This document shows, piece after piece, positions 60,321-64,000 of a DNA stretch of 64,000 nucleotides. Source of the DNA: Geobacter sp. (GTDB taxonomy: Bacteria > Desulfobacterota > Desulfuromonadia > Geobacterales > Geobacteraceae); contig POSG01000012.1 in NCBI GenBank assembly GCA_003314535.1, positions 5,825 through 69,824 of the forward strand, in the 5' to 3' direction. The notes under the pieces were generated by a model. That model searched no databases. It saw only the letters and a list, made by a program, of their open reading frames with translations, and had not been told where the DNA came from. The position numbers were made by a program, and so were the translations under genes. The first letter of the stretch is position 1; every line of letters begins with the position of its first letter.

Positions 60321-61151
60321 ATGGAGAACGAAACAGTCAACGTGACAATCAATCTAGATGCCCTTCGGAATGAGCTACGAGTAGCACTCCAGCGAGTGAT
60401 ATATCTTGTTTCCGCCGGATTAAAAGCTGCCGAAGGAATCGACTCAGAAAATCTTCAGCTCCCCACTGTTAGCATGGCAGTAACTTACGCCTCGAATTTG
60501 AAATTTACCCCTGAAGAAATCAAGCAGCAATATACATCCTGGATACTGACGAATGGATTTAGAGATTCTATTGAATGCGTGAGCGCTTTCCTTGAGTCTG
60601 TCCACAAAGTCCTATCAATATGGAAGCTAACAGGAAAGCAAAACGAGACTGTACAAATTAAGGCAGCAGATTGGAATGCAACCTTTGTGGATGGAGTAAA
60701 GAAATTTCACCGGCTTGGCTTCCCTGACAAACTTGATCATATAAAAGACGAACATGACATTGAAATGGATGAGAAGTTTGTTGATTTATTGTTATCAATT
60801 AATACAGCTCGAAATTGTTTGGTTCACCGGCATGGCATAGTCTCAGACAGAGACATCACTGCCGATTGCAAACTAGAAGTCAAATGGACAACACTTATGT
60901 TCGTTCTGAAAAATGAGGATGGTGAAAAGGAGTTGGTCATTGGCGAGCTAGTCGAAAAAGAAAGCTGGGTTGGCGTACGCCTAGTTGGACAGGTAAAGAC
61001 GTTCGACCTGGGAGCCAAAATAGAATTTTCGACCAAAGAATTTTCAGACATCACGTGGACATCCTTTTTATTCGGTGAGGACCTTGTCACGAAAATACAC
61101 TCTTACGCTGTCAAAAGTGGCATCATTGAAGGAGCAACAGACAATGCATAA
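60321..61151 (+). CDS. Hypothetical protein with an RNxxxH (HEPN-like) motif
   Basis: AT-rich ORF. GAGGAA lies 8 nt before the ATG at 60321, and the ORF is open from TTG 60300. ARNCLVH at nt 60810-60827 fits the HEPN Rx4-6H RNase signature and follows about 165 aa that I judge helical by eye. The C-terminal ~100 aa look beta-rich by eye. Confidence 0.55.
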   Translation: MENETVNVTINLDALRNELRVALQRVIYLVSAGLKAAEGIDSENLQLPTVSMAVTYASNLKFTPEEIKQQYTSWILTNGFRDSIECVSAFLESVHKVLSIWKLTGKQNETVQIKAADWNATFVDGVKKFHRLGFPDKLDHIKDEHDIEMDEKFVDLLLSINTARNCLVHRHGIVSDRDITADCKLEVKWTTLMFVLKNEDGEKELVIGELVEKESWVGVRLVGQVKTFDLGAKIEFSTKEFSDITWTSFLFGEDLVTKIHSYAVKSGIIEGATDNA

Positions 61152-61596
61152 CAAGCGCCAAGACCGGCCAAAAACCAAGCCGGTCAGGCTTTGGGCGTTG
61201 GCAGGAAAGGAATTGAGAAAATTGATGGAAATAAATTTTCAATGCAGGTCGTGCAAAAGAGTCTTCAACTGTGATGTCGGATCAGTTGACATCGATGAGG
61301 AGACGCTTCGCCCCATTTTCCTCAACAAGATCATTTGTCCTAGCTGTGGCGAGCGGTCTTTGGACGATGTATTTCTCACTGAACTCGGCCAAAGCCAATT
61401 AACTGAGGCTACATTTGATTTTGACGGAGACAATAACGGGGATTTTTGGGGAGATACCGATGGCGATTGCAATGGTTGCGACAGTTTCCTTCCGCTGAAT
61501 GATCTCGGTCTCTGTAACGAATGCGCAGAAAAACTTGATCGAGATTTAATCAGGCAACGCGATTGGAGTTATTCTACTGCCGTTTGTCACTGGTAA
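61144..61596 (+). CDS. Double zinc-ribbon protein, overlapping the upstream gene; native 3' end replaced by IS21 insertion
   Basis: The ATG at 61144 overlaps the upstream stop (ATGCATAA). Zinc-ribbon pairs are CRSC...CPSC and CNGC...CNEC, with an acidic DFDGDNNGDFWGDTDGD linker. The last codons, TGT CAC TGG TAA, are the first nucleotides of the IS. Confidence 0.5.
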   Translation: MHNKRQDRPKTKPVRLWALAGKELRKLMEINFQCRSCKRVFNCDVGSVDIDEETLRPIFLNKIICPSCGERSLDDVFLTELGQSQLTEATFDFDGDNNGDFWGDTDGDCNGCDSFLPLNDLGLCNECAEKLDRDLIRQRDWSYSTAVCHW

Positions 61597-61681
61597 TGCA
61601 ATAATGATCCAAAAACGGTAATAAAAAGTGTACCACCCTGGGACCCTGTGGTATCCCTCTCTCAAGAAGGGAGGGATGCCG

Positions 61682-62938
61682 ATGATTTCCACGGAGGTGT
61701 ACATGGACATTCGTGCTTATAAGCGCCAAGGTCACAGTCTTCGTTGGATCGCCAGGAAACTCGGCATCCATCGCAAAACCGTCAAGAAGCACCTGGAAAG
61801 CAACTCATTTCCAGCTTACACCCGCACTACAGCCAAACCGTCGATCCTTGATCCCTATCACCAGGTCATCCGGGATTTCCTCGACGAAGACGATTACCAG
61901 GCCACCTGGATCTTCGAGCGCCTCAAGCGCATAGGGTACGCCGGCTGTTACGACACCGTCAAGGTGTTTGTCCGCTCCATCAAGGAGCAAAAATGCCGGA
62001 TCGCCTATACCCGCTTTGAGACCGAACCGGGGCTTCAGGCCCAGGTCGATTGGGGTGATTTCAAGATCACCGACAACTCAGGCAAGACCACGACGATCTA
62101 TGCCTTCGTCATGGTCCTCGGTTTCTCGCGGGCTATGTATGTCGAATTCGTCGAGCTCTGCACGATGGAGGTCTTCATGGACTGTCACCTCCGGGCATTC
62201 AGACAGCTTCGCGGCGTGCCCGCCGAGATCCTCTACGACAATATGAAGCACGTAGTCATCGGCAGAGAAGACGGTAAGCCGGCCTTCAACATGGAGTTCC
62301 TCCACTTCTCCAAGCACTACGGCTTCACGCCCCGTCTCTGCCCGCCCTACAGCCCCTGGGTCAAGGGGAAGGTGGAGCGCCCTATGGACTATCTGCGGGA
62401 AAGCTTCTGGCGAGGGTACGTATACTGCTCGCTCTCCCAGGCCAATAAGGATGTCACCACCTGGCTGGTCGAAACTGCTCACCAGCGGATTCACGGAACC
62501 TACCGGCAGCAGGTGAAGCTGCGCTGGGAGCAGGAAATCCCTCATCTGGGGCCGCTTCCGGCGAACGATTACGACACCTCCCTCAAGTTCTTCCGCAAAG
62601 TGTACAAGGATTGCCTGATCTCCTTTGGCGGCAACCGCTTCCATGTCGCTTCCCACGTGGTCGGCAAGAAGGTGCTCCTCAAGGTCAAGAACGATGTTAT
62701 CCGCATCTACCACGACGCCGAATTGCTCCGGACTTACACTATTCCGGAGGGTAAAGGGCTGGCGCTCGGAATCCCGTCACGACCATCCCGGACACCACAG
62801 GAAACCCCTCGCTACGGACGAAACAAGGGAAAGGCAACCAGGGGGCTCGTCACTCACACCCTCTATCCCGAAGTCTACCGCCGCCCCCTTGCCGAGTATG
62901 ACCGTTACGTCGCCGGAGGTGTCTCATGGAACAACTGA
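61682..62938 (+). CDS. istA: IS21-family transposase IstA
   Basis: N-terminal HTH (GHSLRWIARKLGIHRKTVKKHL) and a DDE core (QVDWGDF..., LYDNMK..., ...KGKVER). GGAGGG lies 6 nt upstream of the ATG at 61682. Confidence 0.9.
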   Translation: MISTEVYMDIRAYKRQGHSLRWIARKLGIHRKTVKKHLESNSFPAYTRTTAKPSILDPYHQVIRDFLDEDDYQATWIFERLKRIGYAGCYDTVKVFVRSIKEQKCRIAYTRFETEPGLQAQVDWGDFKITDNSGKTTTIYAFVMVLGFSRAMYVEFVELCTMEVFMDCHLRAFRQLRGVPAEILYDNMKHVVIGREDGKPAFNMEFLHFSKHYGFTPRLCPPYSPWVKGKVERPMDYLRESFWRGYVYCSLSQANKDVTTWLVETAHQRIHGTYRQQVKLRWEQEIPHLGPLPANDYDTSLKFFRKVYKDCLISFGGNRFHVASHVVGKKVLLKVKNDVIRIYHDAELLRTYTIPEGKGLALGIPSRPSRTPQETPRYGRNKGKATRGLVTHTLYPEVYRRPLAEYDRYVAGGVSWNN

Positions 62939-63705
62939 CCTTTGACCGTCTCCAGGACAATCTCAAGCGGCTGAAGCTGTTCAAGGCAGTGGAGATTCTC
63001 GACGACGTCGCAACCCTTTCACAAGCGAACGGCGGCTCCTACCTCTCCTTTCTCGACCAACTCCTGGAGGAAGAGGTGGCGGCCAAGGACAAACGCCGCG
63101 TCGATACCGCCATGAAGATTGCGGGCCTTCCCATGGCAAAGACCATCGAAGAGTATGATTTCACTTTCCATCCCCATCTGGACAAGAAGTCGGTCATGGA
63201 ACTCTTTGACCTGACGTTTCTTTCCAGACACGAAAACGTCATCTTCCTGGGGCCGCCGGGAGTCGGCAAAACCCATCTCGCCATCGCCCTGGCCATCAAG
63301 GCTTGCTACCACGGTTTCAGGGTCTATTTCACCACCATGAACACCTTGATCGCCAAGCTCAAAGAGAGCCAGGCCAAGGGCAAAGCCTATCTCAACTCCA
63401 GCCTCGTCATCGTCGATGAGGTCGGCTATCTCCCGGTCACCAGCCAGGAGGCGTATCTCTTCTTTCAGTTCGTCACCTACCGCTATGAGAAGAGCTCGAC
63501 CATCATCACTTCGAACAAGAGCTTCTCCGACTGGCAGGAGCTCTTCGGTGATCCGGTCATCGCATCGGCCATCCTGGATCGACTTCTGCACCATTGCCAG
63601 GTGATCAACATCAAGGGGCATAGCTACCGCTTGCAAGGTCATGCCTTCGCCAAACAACTCTCCCAGAAAGGAGGTGACTCTACGATCTCAGATTCCCCAG
63701 ATTGA
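62926..63705 (+). CDS. istB: IS21-family helper ATPase IstB
   Basis: Walker A GPPGVGKTHLA and Walker B LVIVDEVGY. 13-nt overlap with istA. Confidence 0.92.
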   Translation: MEQLTFDRLQDNLKRLKLFKAVEILDDVATLSQANGGSYLSFLDQLLEEEVAAKDKRRVDTAMKIAGLPMAKTIEEYDFTFHPHLDKKSVMELFDLTFLSRHENVIFLGPPGVGKTHLAIALAIKACYHGFRVYFTTMNTLIAKLKESQAKGKAYLNSSLVIVDEVGYLPVTSQEAYLFFQFVTYRYEKSSTIITSNKSFSDWQELFGDPVIASAILDRLLHHCQVINIKGHSYRLQGHAFAKQLSQKGGDSTISDSPD

Positions 63706-63843
63706 GAGATGCTCTCCCAGGAAGTGGTACACTTTTCAATTCCCGTAACTGGTACACTTTTACGTTCCCATTGACACCGTTTACGGACTCAATTCACTCC
63801 AAAGGGAAGAACTTCGAAAGAAAGTTATGGAGTACTCAACCGG

Positions 63844-64000
63844 TCAACGCAACATGTCGTGAAATTCTTCTGCTGGAGATCGATACCCCAGCGTTTTCCG
63901 TGGTCTCTGGTTTAACTGTGCTGCAATTAAATCCAATTCTGGCTGGGAAAAGCCATACAACACAGTGCCTTTCGGGAAATACTGCCGAAGAAGCCGGTTC
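63844..64000 (-). CDS. C-terminal fragment of an IS30-family transposase (continues beyond the window)
   Basis: The minus-strand translation NRLLRQYFPKGTVLYGFSQPELDLIAAQLNQRPRKTLGYRSPAEEFHDMLR* matches the conserved IS30 C-terminus (LRQYFPKG...LN.RPRK.LG). The piece is too short to appear in the ORF track. Confidence 0.75.
   Translation of the reverse strand, partial: NRLLRQYFPKGTVLYGFSQPELDLIAAQLNQRPRKTLGYRSPAEEFHDMLR

Larger units (their letters stand above)
61585..63776 (+). mobile_element. IS21-family insertion sequence (2192 bp) with a 5-bp target site duplication CCGTT
   Basis: Termini are TGTCA...TGACA. The imperfect ~50-nt terminal repeats contain the sub-repeat AAAAGTGTACCA (61624-61635) and its complement TGGTACACTTTT (63725-63736 and 63750-63761). 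CCGTT occurs at 61580-61584 and 63777-63781. The element carries istA and istB. Confidence 0.85.

Noticed and set aside
61606-61616. The 11-nt identity ACGGTAATAAA between the IS21 left end and the two small repeat units (48144 and 59632). It suggested the units might be IS-derived, or that the IS had inserted into a third copy.
   Set aside because: An 11-mer match is expected many times by chance among all position pairs in 64 kb, by rough estimate. The flanking similarity is weak and needs a 12-nt gap.

Overview
The window looks like a chromosomal segment from a GC-rich, anaerobic, Geobacter/Desulfuromonadota-like bacterium. That taxonomic call is inferred from gene content and protein style and was not tested. 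No GC values were computed, so every AT-rich or GC-rich statement is by eye. About 55 genes are supportable, and most are housekeeping.

Main gene blocks:
- Type II NADH dehydrogenase (5009-6289).
- A selenocysteine-containing formate dehydrogenase operon, fdnG(Sec)-fdnH-fdnI-fdhE (9500-15017).
- A MoxR / DUF58 / transglutaminase operon (15076-18780).
- An acetolactate synthase large subunit preceded by a Val-rich leader peptide and a terminator (19061-21027).
- Fe-alcohol dehydrogenase, tRNA-Pro(CGG) and rmuC.
- pilT next to a catalytically degenerate PilB-like protein that keeps an MshEN c-di-GMP receptor motif.
- mtgA, pdxA, an M23 peptidase, and a rubredoxin/ferredoxin pair.
- A 1.5k-aa glutamate synthase large subunit, folK, a transaldolase-family aldolase and pepN.
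- mtnA, glnE, tkt, a stand-alone LigD phosphoesterase domain, and an MFS transporter.

Accessory or unusual patches:
1. Left edge (1-4337): a helicase-nuclease C-terminus, a Fic protein, and a translationally coupled pair of unknown function (SEC-C protein plus a 417-aa helical protein).
2. Two AT-rich inserts, each carrying an LtaS/sulfatase-superfamily membrane protein (6528-8339 and 23414-25144).
3. Two paralogous ~167-nt units made of promoter, short transcript and terminator (48114-48281 and 59602-59768). These are candidate sRNA or micro-ORF genes.
4. Right edge (about 59600-64000): an AT-rich mobile island. It carries a DUF5710-like gene, five iteron-like direct repeats, and an overlapping two-gene module of an RNxxxH (HEPN-like) protein plus a double zinc-ribbon protein. 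An IS21-family element (61585-63776) with a 5-bp target duplication has replaced the 3' end of the zinc-ribbon gene. An IS30-family transposase fragment follows.

The HEPN-like / zinc-ribbon pair with its iterons is my best candidate for an undescribed abortive-infection or toxin-antitoxin type system. I saw no CRISPR array, cas gene, reverse transcriptase, integrase or rRNA.
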